Source: an uncultured Chloroflexia bacterium
Lineage (GTDB): Bacteria; Chloroflexota; Chloroflexia; Thermomicrobiales; UBA6265
NCBI GenBank assembly: GCA_963724295.1
Contig: CAVRUC010000008.1
Span: 224,001 to 288,000, forward strand
Reading direction: 5' to 3'
Length of the DNA stretch: 64,000 bases
The notes under the pieces are model-generated. The model was given only the letters and a program-made list of their open reading frames with translations. It searched no databases and had not been told where the DNA came from. The translations under genes and the position numbers were made by a program. Positions within the stretch are counted from its first letter, which is position 1. Each line of letters starts with the position of its first letter. Of this stretch, positions 28,247-38,291 are shown piece by piece.

Positions 28247-29863
28247 ATGGTAGCGATCTTCCAGGCTCCCTGCGACGAGCAGGTCATCCTCCACAAGGTG
28301 CCGACCCGGCCCGTTCCCTGCCCGAAGGATGTCGGCCGGGCGGTGCTGATCACGACCATCCTCGCCTCGAGTATGGTCTTCATCGACAGCTCGGCGGTCA
28401 ATGTCGCTCTGCCCACGATCCAGCGCGAGCTCGGCGCCAGCGCGGCTCAAGCACAGTGGGTGGTCGAGAGCTACGCGCTCTTTCTGGCCGCGTTGCTCCT
28501 CGTCGGCGGCGTGCTGGGCGATCGATACGGGCGGAAGCGAATCTTCGTCCTGGGCACCGTGCTCTTCGCCTCGACGTCCATCTGGTGCGGGCTCTCGCCG
28601 ACTATCGAGATGCTGATCGCCGCGCGGGCGGCGCAGGGCGTCGCCGCGGCGCTACTCACACCGGCCAGCCTGGCCATCATCAGCGCGGCCTTCAACGATG
28701 AGACGGAACGTGGCCGGGCAATTGGTACCTGGTCCGGATTCACGGCGATTACGGCCGCATTCGGTCCGGTGCTAGGCGGGTGGCTGGTCGAGAATGCCTC
28801 CTGGCGCTGGGTGTTCTTTATCAACCTGCCATTGGCGGTCGTCGTGGTCGCCGTCGCACTGCGTGGGGTCCCCGAGAGCCGCGATGAGGGAGCAGGGCGG
28901 CTCGACGTCCTTGGCGCCGTGTTGGCGACGGTCGGTCTCGGCGCGCTCGTCTTCGGGCTGATCGAGGGGCCCGTGCGCGGCTGGGGGAATCCGGTCGTGC
29001 TCGCCAGCCTGGTCATAGGCGTCGCTGGGCTCATCGCGTTCATCGCCGCCGAGACGCGGGTGCCGTCGCCGATGATGCCGCTGGAGCTGTTTCGCTCGCG
29101 GACCTTCAGTGGGGCCAATCTGCTGACCTTCCTCCTCTATGGTGCATTTGGCGGCGCGCTCTTCTGGCTTCCCTTCAACCTCATCCAGGTCCAGGGGTAC
29201 ACCGCGACCGAGGCCGGCGCCGCACTCCTGCCGGCGATTCTGATCATCTTCGCCCTCTCCCGCCGCACGGGCGCGCTCATCGGTCGCTACGGAGCGCGGC
29301 TGCCGCTGACCATCGGGCCTGGCATCGTGGCTCTCGCGTTTCTGCTCTTCGCCCTGCCCGGTACCGAAGGAAGCTACTGGACGACCTTCTTTCCCGCGGC
29401 AATCGTGCTCGGCATCGGGATGGCGATCACGGTGCCACCCTTGACGACGGCGGTCATGAGCGCGGTTCCGCGCCAGCAGGCGGGAACGGCCTCAGGCATC
29501 AATAACGCCGTCGCCCGCACCGCCGGCCTGATCGCCATTGCCGTCTTCGGCGTCATCGTGACGACGGTCTTCAATCGCGAGCTGAGCAGCCGGCTCGATG
29601 CCATACCGAATCTCGCTCCAGCCACACGGCAGGCAGTAGATGCCCAGCGGCTCGACCTGGCCGCCGCTCGTCCACCTGAGGGAACACCTCCAGACACCGC
29701 GGTGGCCATCGACGACGCGATCGATGCGTCGTTCGTCGCCGGCTTTCGGGTGGCTATGGTCATCGGCGCGGTGATGGCGCTCCTCGGGGCGGTCGCGGCG
29801 TGGCAACTTCTCGAAGGAAAGAAGCCGAAACCGGACCTCACGGCGCTGCCTGCCGACCGCTGA
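28247..29863 (+). CDS. DHA2-family (EmrB/QacA-like) MFS efflux transporter
   Basis: Motifs IDSSAVNVALP, GDRYGRKR, ARAAQG, GPVLGGWL and WRWVFFINLP; 14-TM pattern. Confidence 0.92.
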   Translation: MVAIFQAPCDEQVILHKVPTRPVPCPKDVGRAVLITTILASSMVFIDSSAVNVALPTIQRELGASAAQAQWVVESYALFLAALLLVGGVLGDRYGRKRIFVLGTVLFASTSIWCGLSPTIEMLIAARAAQGVAAALLTPASLAIISAAFNDETERGRAIGTWSGFTAITAAFGPVLGGWLVENASWRWVFFINLPLAVVVVAVALRGVPESRDEGAGRLDVLGAVLATVGLGALVFGLIEGPVRGWGNPVVLASLVIGVAGLIAFIAAETRVPSPMMPLELFRSRTFSGANLLTFLLYGAFGGALFWLPFNLIQVQGYTATEAGAALLPAILIIFALSRRTGALIGRYGARLPLTIGPGIVALAFLLFALPGTEGSYWTTFFPAAIVLGIGMAITVPPLTTAVMSAVPRQQAGTASGINNAVARTAGLIAIAVFGVIVTTVFNRELSSRLDAIPNLAPATRQAVDAQRLDLAAARPPEGTPPDTAVAIDDAIDASFVAGFRVAMVIGAVMALLGAVAAWQLLEGKKPKPDLTALPADR

Positions 29864-29924
29864 CGGAGATTCATGGTCATGGTCGTGCTGGCCACGAGGA
29901 CAACCGTGCTCCCGGAAACCACGG

Positions 29925-29957
29925 ACTAATACCCAACTAATACCGCATGCCTATCGT
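29925..29957 (+). promoter_or_regulatory. ACTAAT-N5-ACTAAT direct repeat plus -10 box (candidate BTAD/SARP-type activator site)
   Basis: ACTAAT at 29925 and 29936; TATCGT at 29952. Same geometry as 35863-35895. Confidence 0.65.
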
Positions 29958-30014
29958 CATGACTGCGATCGCCGTGGCGGGCGATCCGGACGGCAGCACG
30001 ACGGGAGGCATCCG

Positions 30015-30713
30015 GTGACAGGGAGCACAGGACGGACCCTGCGGCAATTGGGCCAGGTCAGCGTGTTGTTCAGCATGGTGGTCGGCGCGGCAGCTCAGAC
30101 CATCCCAGCGACCGAGGCGGCCCAGACCTGCTTCGACAAGCCAGCGACGATCGCCGACCACTCGGGGACAATCCAGGGTACCGCCGGGAACGACGTCATC
30201 GTCGGCGACGACGGCGACAACGAGATCGACGGCCAGGGCGGTGTGGACCGCATCTGCGGCGGCGACGGGGACGACACGATTGAGTTCGGCGCTCTGGACG
30301 AGGATCCGACGCACTTCCTCCGCGCCAAAGGCGGTGCCGGCACCGACACGATCACCGGCGGACCCTACAACGACCGGCTCTACGGCGGGGCTGGCGGTGA
30401 CTCCCTGACTGGCGGGGTCGGCGGCGACCAGCTCTTCGGGGAAGATGGTCCCGATGAAGTGTTCGGCGGTCCAAGCAACGATTTCATCGACGGCGGCAGT
30501 GGCAAGGACGACCTCTCTGGAACGGGCGGCGACGACGAGATCCACGGCGGACCGGACGACGATCGGCTCTACGGTACCGATGGGAACGACGATCTCTACG
30601 GCGAACGCGGCGACGACCTCTTGATCGGCGGGGTGGACGAGGATGACTACTTCCCCGGTGGAGGCGACGACCTCTGCGCTGAGGACACTGGCGGTCTCGT
30701 CTTCCCCTGCTAG
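30015..30713 (+). CDS. Secreted RTX/hemolysin-type Ca-binding repeat protein, paralog 1
   Basis: Signal peptide, TCFDKPATI, many GGxGxDxL nonamers, ends in LVFPC. Confidence 0.85.
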   Translation: MTGSTGRTLRQLGQVSVLFSMVVGAAAQTIPATEAAQTCFDKPATIADHSGTIQGTAGNDVIVGDDGDNEIDGQGGVDRICGGDGDDTIEFGALDEDPTHFLRAKGGAGTDTITGGPYNDRLYGGAGGDSLTGGVGGDQLFGEDGPDEVFGGPSNDFIDGGSGKDDLSGTGGDDEIHGGPDDDRLYGTDGNDDLYGERGDDLLIGGVDEDDYFPGGGDDLCAEDTGGLVFPC

Positions 30714-30781
30714 TCCACAGCCCGCTGGCCCAGCCCGGTTGGAGTGAGTGAAGCACTTCGACTAAACGGAAGGAGACGACC

Positions 30782-31453
30782 ATGCAACGGCTTGCCGTGC
30801 TCATCACCCTCGTCGTGGCGACCCAACTGTTCGTTGGCCCGCTACCGGCAAAGGCGGCAAAGACCTGCTTCGGCAAGGCGGCGACGATCGCTGACCATAC
30901 CGGCAACATCACTGGCACCGCCGGCAACGACGTCATCATCGGAGACGATGGCGACAACGAGATCGATGCTCAAGGTGGCGTCGACCACGTCTGCGGCGGT
31001 GGTGGCGACGACGAAATCGTCACCGTGGACGGACCGGGATCGGCGCTCTTTGCCAAGGGCGGCAAGGGGAGCGACGAGATTACCGGCGCGAGCGGCGGCA
31101 GTGGCGAAGACAAGCTCCACGGCGGTGATGGCAACGATACCCTGTCGGGCGGAGACGGAGAGGATGGCCTATTCGGGGACGACGGTTATGACACGCTCAG
31201 GGGCGACATTGGCCCGGACAATCTTTTCGGCGGTCCTGGCAAGGACCGGCTGATCGATGGCGACGCTGGCGACTATCTCTTTGGCGGACCGAATGCCGAT
31301 CGCCTTGAAGGCGAGGCTGGCGAGGACGATCTCGCCGGTGAAGGCGGCGACGATCTCCTCATCGGCGGCGCTGATGCCGACGTTCTCGACGGCGGAGCAG
31401 GCGACGACCTATGCGCTCAAGATGACCTTGGGGGACTCGCGTTTCCGTGCTGA
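30782..31453 (+). CDS. Secreted RTX/hemolysin-type Ca-binding repeat protein, paralog 2
   Basis: Signal peptide, TCFGKAATI, GGxGxDxL repeats, ends in LAFPC. Confidence 0.85.
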   Translation: MQRLAVLITLVVATQLFVGPLPAKAAKTCFGKAATIADHTGNITGTAGNDVIIGDDGDNEIDAQGGVDHVCGGGGDDEIVTVDGPGSALFAKGGKGSDEITGASGGSGEDKLHGGDGNDTLSGGDGEDGLFGDDGYDTLRGDIGPDNLFGGPGKDRLIDGDAGDYLFGGPNADRLEGEAGEDDLAGEGGDDLLIGGADADVLDGGAGDDLCAQDDLGGLAFPC

Positions 31454-31624
31454 GCGGGCACCTGATATGACTAGAACTGGCCCGTATGGAGCACTCGTGT
31501 GACAACTGAGACGATGCCATTTCGAGCGCAGATGCTCTTGATTTCACAAATCCTTTACCGCGACTTCGCCAAAGCCTCATACTGGCCCTAGAGACGAGTT
31601 CCCGCCAATCACGAGGAGGGCGCG

Positions 31625-32449
31625 ATGGATCCTCAATATTTCGACGCACTTACTCGCCGCCTCAGTCATGCTGGCTCCCGCCGCCGGGTTTTGACGGCGC
31701 TTGCCGGGGGCGCCTTTGGCCAATTGCTAATCCTTCCGAGGGCTGATGAAGCCGCAGCCAAGTGTAAGAAGGGGTGGAAGCGCTGCCTGGGTCCTGGACT
31801 CGGCTGCCAGAACCTCAACACCGATCCGGACCACTGTGGGGAGTGCAACCATGCATGCCCGACAGGGTGCTGCGTCAAGGGCAAGTGCCGCGAGATGTGC
31901 GGGGACACGTGCTGTGCAGACTGCTTTGTCGAGTTGTTCAGCGATGGCAATCCCAACGAGGCGAATACGGTCTGCTGCATGCAGAGCGGTGGAACGATCT
32001 GCGAGCACAACAAACCGGGGCCGGGAGACGATCGCTGCTGCTACTCGAATGAGGTCTGCGTCAACGGCAAGTGCTGCTGCCATGCAATGGGTGCTGGGTG
32101 TCTGGGAGCGATCAAATGCGGTGGCAAGTGCTGTGCGGCCGCCGCCTGCTGCAACAACGGGAAGTGCTGCAAGAAAGGGTTCGTCTGCGCGACAAAGAAC
32201 GTAGGCGATGAGAAGACCTGCGTCCGAGCCGACCGCGACTGTGCAGGCGATGAGGAGTGCTTTGCCAGCGAAACCTGCCACGGGGGCAAATGCTGCTCAG
32301 GCCCTCGCATGTGTGTAAATGGCGTTGGGACCGAATTTTGCTGCACGGCTGACACGTACTGCGAGCTCTCGGGGCACCCGAGCGCGAATTGCTGCCCGAT
32401 CAACACCGTTTGCGAAAACACGTACCGGGGGCACCGCGTGAGGATATGA
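31625..32449 (+). CDS. Secreted cysteine-rich protein with a Tat-like leader and a Stig1-like motif
   Basis: Leader FDALTRRL..SRRRVL; 44 Cys by manual count; CQNLNTDPDHCGECNHAC; SD GAGGAGG. Confidence 0.8.
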   Translation: MDPQYFDALTRRLSHAGSRRRVLTALAGGAFGQLLILPRADEAAAKCKKGWKRCLGPGLGCQNLNTDPDHCGECNHACPTGCCVKGKCREMCGDTCCADCFVELFSDGNPNEANTVCCMQSGGTICEHNKPGPGDDRCCYSNEVCVNGKCCCHAMGAGCLGAIKCGGKCCAAAACCNNGKCCKKGFVCATKNVGDEKTCVRADRDCAGDEECFASETCHGGKCCSGPRMCVNGVGTEFCCTADTYCELSGHPSANCCPINTVCENTYRGHRVRI

Positions 32450-32517
32450 ACCCAGGAGTCAGCGCGGCCGTGCCCCGTCAACCGACCGTCAGCCTCCAGG
32501 GCCGCCTGACTGCGCCC

Positions 32518-35500
32518 TCAGCTAGTGCTACCCGCCATTAGCGCTGCCACCGCGTGCTCCGGTCCTAACGAACGCCCCTCACCGCGCGCGGCGGCGAAGG
32601 TGGCCTCGCCGAGGGCCGCGCGCGCGGTCGTCACGTAGTGTTCGATTTCCGGTTCGTGGACTGCCGGCAGGGGGATTCCAGTCGTCTCTCGCAGCGCCTC
32701 CGCCATGCCGAGGAGGCGAGCACACTGGACAGCTTCTCCGCTGTCGCACGCTATGCCCGCCAGCCCTTCGATCGCTTCGGTCACCGTCGCCTTCTCGCCG
32801 AGCTGCCAGCTCGCCTTGAGACTCTCGTGGAGCAGGGTCTCGGCACGCGCGGCATCACCACGGAGGTGAGCCAATCGTCCGAGGTGGGTGAGCACAAAGG
32901 CGGCGCCGCTCAGGTCAACGAGCTCTCGATAGAGTTCCAGTCCCTGGCTATAGAGCTCCCAGGCCCGGTCGAGGTCCCCCTGCCGCTGGACGGCGTGGCC
33001 CAAATCGGCCAGGGTGTTGGCCATCCCTTGCCGATCGCCCAATTCTCGGAGGTGCCTCAGGACTTCTTCCTGCAGCGCCACCGCACCGTGATAGTCTCCC
33101 TCCAGGAACGCCAGTCCCCCAAGACCGCCCAGGACGTATGTAAGGTTCCGCTGGTCTCCCAGGTCACGGAACAGGCCGAGACTCTCCTTGAAGCAGGCAG
33201 CGGCGCGCTGATGATTCCCCTGGTCGAGAGAGACGAAGCCAAGGTTCGCCAGGCAGGCCGCGATCCGGGGGCGGTCATCCTCCTCGCGCGCCAACACGAG
33301 TGCGTCCTCGTACAGCTGAATGGCGCGCTCCGGATCGCCCATCTTGTCGGCGACGATCCCGAGATCCGTCAGCGATCGAGCCACGCCGCGGTGGTCGCCG
33401 ATCTCCCGCCACAGCTCCAGCGCCGCTTCATGGTGGCCTACCGCCGTGGAGAGGTCACCTTGGGCCTCCGCCAGCGCGCCCGCGCCGTCGAGCGCGGTAG
33501 CGCGATCCGCCGTCGCAGCGGTATTACCGCCGGCCAGGGCTTGCTCGAGCCAGCGCCGTCCCTCGCTGAGGAAGCCGCGGTGCCACCAGAATCGCCAGAG
33601 GGCGCCAGCCAGCCGCAATTGGGCCGCGGCATCGTCGGCCTCCTGGAACGTGATCAGCGCGCGGCGGAAATTGTCGTGTTCACTCTCGAGCCGGTCTAGC
33701 CAGATCCCCTGATCCGGCCCTGTCAGCTCCAGCGCCGCTGCCTCGGCCATCGCCTTGAAGAGGGTTGCGTGCCGATGGCGGACCGCCTCGGCCTCGCCAC
33801 TCGCCTCGAGCTGCTCCCGCGCGTACTCTCGGATGGTCTCCAGCATGCTCAGTCGCGGGGTGCCGACCGTTCCCTCTATTTGCCGCAGAAGGCTCTGATC
33901 GACCAACGAGGCAACGAGATCGAATACTGAATGCCCGCTGGTGACCATGCTCCGATCGATGCTCGATGTCCAGAGTCCGGCGCCGGCGGCGGAGTGCTGC
34001 TCACCAAGCAAGGACTCGATCGCTTCCAGGGTGCAGCCGCCGGCGAACACGGAAAGGCAGGCGAAGAGGACTTGCTCCTCCGGGGTCAGCAGGTCATGAC
34101 TCCAGGCGATCGTGGCGCGCAGCGTTTGCTGGCGGTCCGGTGCATCACGCGGGCCGCCGGTCAGCACCGCCAGTGGACGTTCCAGGCGCTCGGCCAACTC
34201 CGGCGGCGACAGCAGCCGTACTCGCGCCGCGGCCAACTCAATCGCCAGCGGTAATCCGTCCAGCCGGCGGCAGATCTCAATGACAGCGGCAGCGCTCGCC
34301 TCGGTCAGCGCGAAATCGGGCCGTGCAGCGCGGGCGCGCCTCACGAAAAGCGCCACCGCGGGAACATCTTCCAACGACATGGCGGGGATCGCGTACCTGC
34401 TCTCGTCGCCCGGATTCACTTGACCGTCGGGTAGTGCGAGTGGCTGGACAGGGTACTCCTGCTCCCCGCGCAGCCGCAGCCGGATACGGCTCGTGATCAA
34501 CGCCTTAAAGTGCGGGCAGGACGCCAGCAATTCGCCAATAACCGGAGCTGCCGCGGCGACTCGCTCCATGTTGTCGACCACTAGCAACACGTGCTGCTGG
34601 CCCAGCTGCTCCGCCATGGTCTCGAGCAGCGGTTGTCCGGAGACATCGCCAACGCCGAGCGCCCGAGCGATCGCCGGCAGGACAAGCTCCGGTTCCTCGA
34701 GTGGCGCGAGATCGGCGACAAAGACACCGTCTGGAAAGGCCGCGGCGACGGTGTGAGCGAGTGCCAGGGCGAGCCGCGTCTTGCCGACGCCACCGGGGCC
34801 CGTCAAACTCACCAACCTCGCCGTTGCCAGCAGACGCCGCAGCTCGGCCTCTTCCCGCTCACGGCCAATCAACTCGTCAACAGGAGCGGGGAGACCGCTC
34901 AACCGGGTGGCTGGAGTTAGATGCTCGATGGTCGTGTCCGGTTCAAGCGGCTGTGTCGCGGCCGGGAAACGACCGTCCCGAATAGCGGCGATCAGCTCGC
35001 GGGTCGACGGTTCGGGACCAACCCCAAGCTCGCGGTCGAGAAGGACGACCAGGTTGTCGTACTGCTGCAGCGCCTGCCGTTGGCGACCGGTCAGGGCGAG
35101 CAGGCGAATGAGGGTGGCGTGGACGGCCTCGTCGAGCGGGTCGGCGGCGAGCAGACGCTGCAGAGCACCGATCGCCTGGCCCAGCTCGGCCCGCTGCTCG
35201 TGCAATTGGGCAAGACGACTCAGCAGCGTCAGGTAACTAGTGCGCAGGGTCGCACGGCGGCCGGCTACCCAATCTTCGTACGGATCTTCGGGAAGAAGGT
35301 CGCTCTGGTAGCGATCGAGCGCCGCCTGACACGCCGCGGGTTCGGGTGCTCGCCAGGCGCGATCGACGGCTGCTTCAAAGAGGTCGACGTCGACGCGGAC
35401 GAGATCTGATGGTCCGAGAAGCAGATCCTCGCCATCGCGGTCGAGGAAAGTTCCCGGCGGCGCTCCGGCGGCCTCGAGGGCGCGCCGGGCGTAGTGGAGA

Positions 35501-35721
35501 AAGACGCGCAAGTTGTTGCCGGCAGCATCGGGATCGATGTCTGGCCAGAGCGTCTCGGTCACCTGATCCCGGTGCAGGCGGTGGGTGGGCTCGAGGGCGA
35601 GCAGTTTGACGATGGCCGCGGCGCGCTTCTGCCGCCATGCGGCGTCGGGCATCGGTTTGCCGCTGATGACGACGCGAAATCCGCCCAGAAGATGGACATC
35701 GAGTGGTGCCGGAGCTTCCAC
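32518..35721 (-). CDS. BTAD (SARP-like) / STAND ATPase / TPR transcriptional regulator (AfsR-like)
   Basis: N-terminal wHTH LLGGFRV...KLLAL...LWPD; BTAD DPLDEAVH; Walker A GPGGVGKT; DGLPLAIELAAAR; C-terminal TPRs. Confidence 0.92.
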   Translation of the reverse strand: MEAPAPLDVHLLGGFRVVISGKPMPDAAWRQKRAAAIVKLLALEPTHRLHRDQVTETLWPDIDPDAAGNNLRVFLHYARRALEAAGAPPGTFLDRDGEDLLLGPSDLVRVDVDLFEAAVDRAWRAPEPAACQAALDRYQSDLLPEDPYEDWVAGRRATLRTSYLTLLSRLAQLHEQRAELGQAIGALQRLLAADPLDEAVHATLIRLLALTGRQRQALQQYDNLVVLLDRELGVGPEPSTRELIAAIRDGRFPAATQPLEPDTTIEHLTPATRLSGLPAPVDELIGREREEAELRRLLATARLVSLTGPGGVGKTRLALALAHTVAAAFPDGVFVADLAPLEEPELVLPAIARALGVGDVSGQPLLETMAEQLGQQHVLLVVDNMERVAAAAPVIGELLASCPHFKALITSRIRLRLRGEQEYPVQPLALPDGQVNPGDESRYAIPAMSLEDVPAVALFVRRARAARPDFALTEASAAAVIEICRRLDGLPLAIELAAARVRLLSPPELAERLERPLAVLTGGPRDAPDRQQTLRATIAWSHDLLTPEEQVLFACLSVFAGGCTLEAIESLLGEQHSAAGAGLWTSSIDRSMVTSGHSVFDLVASLVDQSLLRQIEGTVGTPRLSMLETIREYAREQLEASGEAEAVRHRHATLFKAMAEAAALELTGPDQGIWLDRLESEHDNFRRALITFQEADDAAAQLRLAGALWRFWWHRGFLSEGRRWLEQALAGGNTAATADRATALDGAGALAEAQGDLSTAVGHHEAALELWREIGDHRGVARSLTDLGIVADKMGDPERAIQLYEDALVLAREEDDRPRIAACLANLGFVSLDQGNHQRAAACFKESLGLFRDLGDQRNLTYVLGGLGGLAFLEGDYHGAVALQEEVLRHLRELGDRQGMANTLADLGHAVQRQGDLDRAWELYSQGLELYRELVDLSGAAFVLTHLGRLAHLRGDAARAETLLHESLKASWQLGEKATVTEAIEGLAGIACDSGEAVQCARLLGMAEALRETTGIPLPAVHEPEIEHYVTTARAALGEATFAAARGEGRSLGPEHAVAALMAGSTS

Positions 35722-35862
35722 CGGCGCCCTCCCCGCGGTCCGGCCGGGGTGACTGGATGCCCGTGGCCGGGACGTGCTGCGTGTTCGGCACGTCCAGCGT
35801 ACGCCTGCCTGTCTTGACCCGTCAAGCGCTCAATGAGTCCTCTCGCGGTCCATTCCCGGCTG

Positions 35863-35895
35863 ACTAATAGCCGACTAATGGCAGCTCATTAGAGT
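35863..35895 (+). promoter_or_regulatory. ACTAAT-N5-ACTAAT direct repeat plus -10 box (second copy)
   Basis: ACTAAT at 35863 and 35874; TAGAGT at 35890. Confidence 0.65.
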
Positions 35896-35949
35896 CGGTC
35901 TAGTAGTCGCCGATCGACGGCGACGTAGCACCCAAAAGAGGAGGAATCC

Positions 35950-36558
35950 ATGGCAGCGAAGAGGGGACCGGCAATCTGGCGGCTTGGCAGCGTTGGCTTG
36001 CTACTCGGCATCGTGCTCGGGAGCGGACTGCTCGCCATTCCCGCGGAGGGAGCACAGAAGTGCTTCGGCAAGACCGCAACTATCAATGACAACAGCGGTC
36101 AAATCGACGGTACGAATGGCAATGACGTGATCATTGGTGACAATGGCGCCAACGACATCGACGGCAAGGGTGGGACGGACCGCATCTGTAGCCGCGACGG
36201 CAACGACGTTATCGAGGCCAATGGCAAGCTCTTCGCCGACGGCGGCGAGGGAGATGACGAGATCAATGGGACGGACAGCGCTGACGATCTCCAAGGCGGA
36301 GTCGGCGAAGACACCCTGCACGGCAACGGCGCCAAGGACGTTCTCAAGGGCGGCGATGACAACGATACGCTCTACGGAGGCGCCGGCAACGACACCGTCA
36401 AAGGGAGCAATGGCAATGACGATCTCTTCGGCGAGGAGGGTACGGACAAGCTCTTCGGCGGTAGCGGTGATGACACCATCGACGGTGGTCCCGATCCCGA
36501 CTTCTGTTCCGATGATAACCAGCCACTGCACGCCTGCGATCTCACGCTGGCCCCATAG
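35950..36558 (+). CDS. Secreted RTX/hemolysin-type Ca-binding repeat protein, paralog 3
   Basis: Signal peptide, KCFGKTATI, GGxGxD repeats, C-terminal DFC...HAC; SD GAGGAGG. Confidence 0.85.
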   Translation: MAAKRGPAIWRLGSVGLLLGIVLGSGLLAIPAEGAQKCFGKTATINDNSGQIDGTNGNDVIIGDNGANDIDGKGGTDRICSRDGNDVIEANGKLFADGGEGDDEINGTDSADDLQGGVGEDTLHGNGAKDVLKGGDDNDTLYGGAGNDTVKGSNGNDDLFGEEGTDKLFGGSGDDTIDGGPDPDFCSDDNQPLHACDLTLAP

Positions 36559-36881
36559 CCCTCGGTCCTCAGCCTCGTCGGGCGCAGCGGGCGGCGCGCA
36601 CCGGCGCCGCCCACCCAGGCGCCCTGAATCGGCTCGTGCCAGCGTCATATCGAAAAAGCGCGCCGGGGCTACGTCCCCGGCGCGCTGCCAGTCGATTCAT
36701 CACTACTCTTTCGTGAAGCCTCGCATCCGCTCGCGACGACGACCGTCGATCTTCGCTCGCCAGAGACTCTTCTATGATCCAGACCATCATGCGGGAACCA
36801 GCGACGAGCTCTGGCGGAATGCACCGCTTGAGCCCGATAATCGGTAGGGGGTATCTACTGCCGGCTGATGGAGACGACTTC

Positions 36882-37568
36882 ATGATGGAAGAGATTCATC
36901 TCGGTGCTCGTCCGTCCGAGGTCCGGCTTGTCTCCGTGAATGTCGGTCTGCCAATGGTGATCGGCGCCACCCGCTGGGGGAAGCCGATCCGTAGCGGTAT
37001 CGTCAAGCAGCCGGTCACTGCCGCTTCCATCGACCTCGGCACGCTCAATCTCGACGGCGACCGGCAGGCCGACCTGAAGGTGCACGGTGGACCCGACAAG
37101 GCCGTCTACGCCTACCCCGTCGAGCATCTTCCACAGTGGAACGACGAGCTGGGGACCGACTTCGGGCCAGGGACATTTGGCGAGAATCTGACCACGGCGG
37201 GATGGCTGGAAGACGATGTTCGCATCGGCGATGTCTGGGCATGGGGCCAGGCGCGACTTCAGGTCTCGCAGCCTCGTTCTCCTTGCTACAAACTGGCGAC
37301 CGTCACTGGTCGACCCGATCTGCTCAAGCGTTTCGTGCGTTCAGGTCGGACAGGGTGGTATCTGCGGGTGCTCCAAGCGGCGACCGTGCCGGTATGCGGG
37401 CCGATTCAGGTGATCGAGCGCCATCCCGCGGGTATCAGCGTGCTGCTCGCGCATCGGGCCAGCCTGCCTGGCGCGCTCGATCGGACCGAGGTCGAAGCCG
37501 TGGCGCGGGTCGACGCCCTGGCCGCTGACTGGCGCCATTGGGTGCTCAATCAAGTCGACCCAGGCTGA
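36882..37568 (+). CDS. MOSC-domain protein (YiiM-like)
   Basis: Motifs GDRQADLKVHGGPDKAVYAY, FGENLT, VSQPRSPCYKL and RTGWYLRVL. Confidence 0.9.
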   Translation: MMEEIHLGARPSEVRLVSVNVGLPMVIGATRWGKPIRSGIVKQPVTAASIDLGTLNLDGDRQADLKVHGGPDKAVYAYPVEHLPQWNDELGTDFGPGTFGENLTTAGWLEDDVRIGDVWAWGQARLQVSQPRSPCYKLATVTGRPDLLKRFVRSGRTGWYLRVLQAATVPVCGPIQVIERHPAGISVLLAHRASLPGALDRTEVEAVARVDALAADWRHWVLNQVDPG

Positions 37569-37597
37569 TTAATCTTGATACGCGTTGCATAAGACCC

Positions 37598-37627
37598 TTG
37601 ACACCCAAGCATCAGCAATGCTATGTT
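37598..37627 (+). promoter_or_regulatory. Promoter of hsp20
   Basis: TTGACA-18nt-TATGTT with an extended TG. Confidence 0.6.
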
Positions 37628-37720
37628 TTCTGCAGACGGATCGGCCAGCAATCAGGCCAGCGTCGTTCGGTTCAGGTTCGCTGTACGCGCGCTTGGATTG
37701 CGCGATGGAGGTAGGAGAAA

Positions 37721-38230
37721 ATGGTCAGCACGTTCCCCTTTGGTCAGGACTTCGTCGTTCTCCGCGATGCCATGAACCAGCTTCTCGAGGAGAGCTTCGT
37801 TCCCTCCCGGGGATCGCGAAGCTCCGGCGGTAACGGCACGATGGTGCGGCCACTGCCGCTCGATGTCTACGCCACGCAGGACGAAGCGGTCCTCATCGCC
37901 GCGGTACCCGGCATGAGCCCGCAGGAGCTGGAAGTCACGATCGACCAGAACGTGGTCACCCTCTCGGGAACGGTACCCACCGCGGCGGAGAGTGAGCAGG
38001 GTAAGGGCGCGACCTGGTACCTGCACGAGCTGTGGCACGGGCAGTTCCGGCGCAGTGTGACGCTGCCGTTCGAGGTCGATGCCGGCAAGGCCGACGCTTC
38101 GTTTGAGAATGGCATCGTGCGCATCGTGCTGCCGAAGGCCGAGCGGGCCAAGCCGCACAAGATCGCCATCAAGACCGGAAACGGCCAGCAGGAAGCGATC
38201 GAGGCCGGCTCGCAGAGCAAGCAGAAGTAG
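37721..38230 (+). CDS. Hsp20/alpha-crystallin small heat-shock protein
   Basis: Motifs LRDAMNQLLEES, PLDVY, GQFRRSVTLP and ASFENGIVRIVLPKAE. Confidence 0.93.
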   Translation: MVSTFPFGQDFVVLRDAMNQLLEESFVPSRGSRSSGGNGTMVRPLPLDVYATQDEAVLIAAVPGMSPQELEVTIDQNVVTLSGTVPTAAESEQGKGATWYLHELWHGQFRRSVTLPFEVDAGKADASFENGIVRIVLPKAERAKPHKIAIKTGNGQQEAIEAGSQSKQK

Positions 38231-38291
38231 CATCGGCCCGAGACCGGGCGCACCTGGTGCACGTCGGTGCGCCGTGAGTAATGACCAGGAG

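Noticed and set aside
37574..37620. HAIR (HspR) or CIRCE operator upstream of hsp20
   Set aside because: CTTGA half-sites are present, but no correctly spaced inverted repeat.
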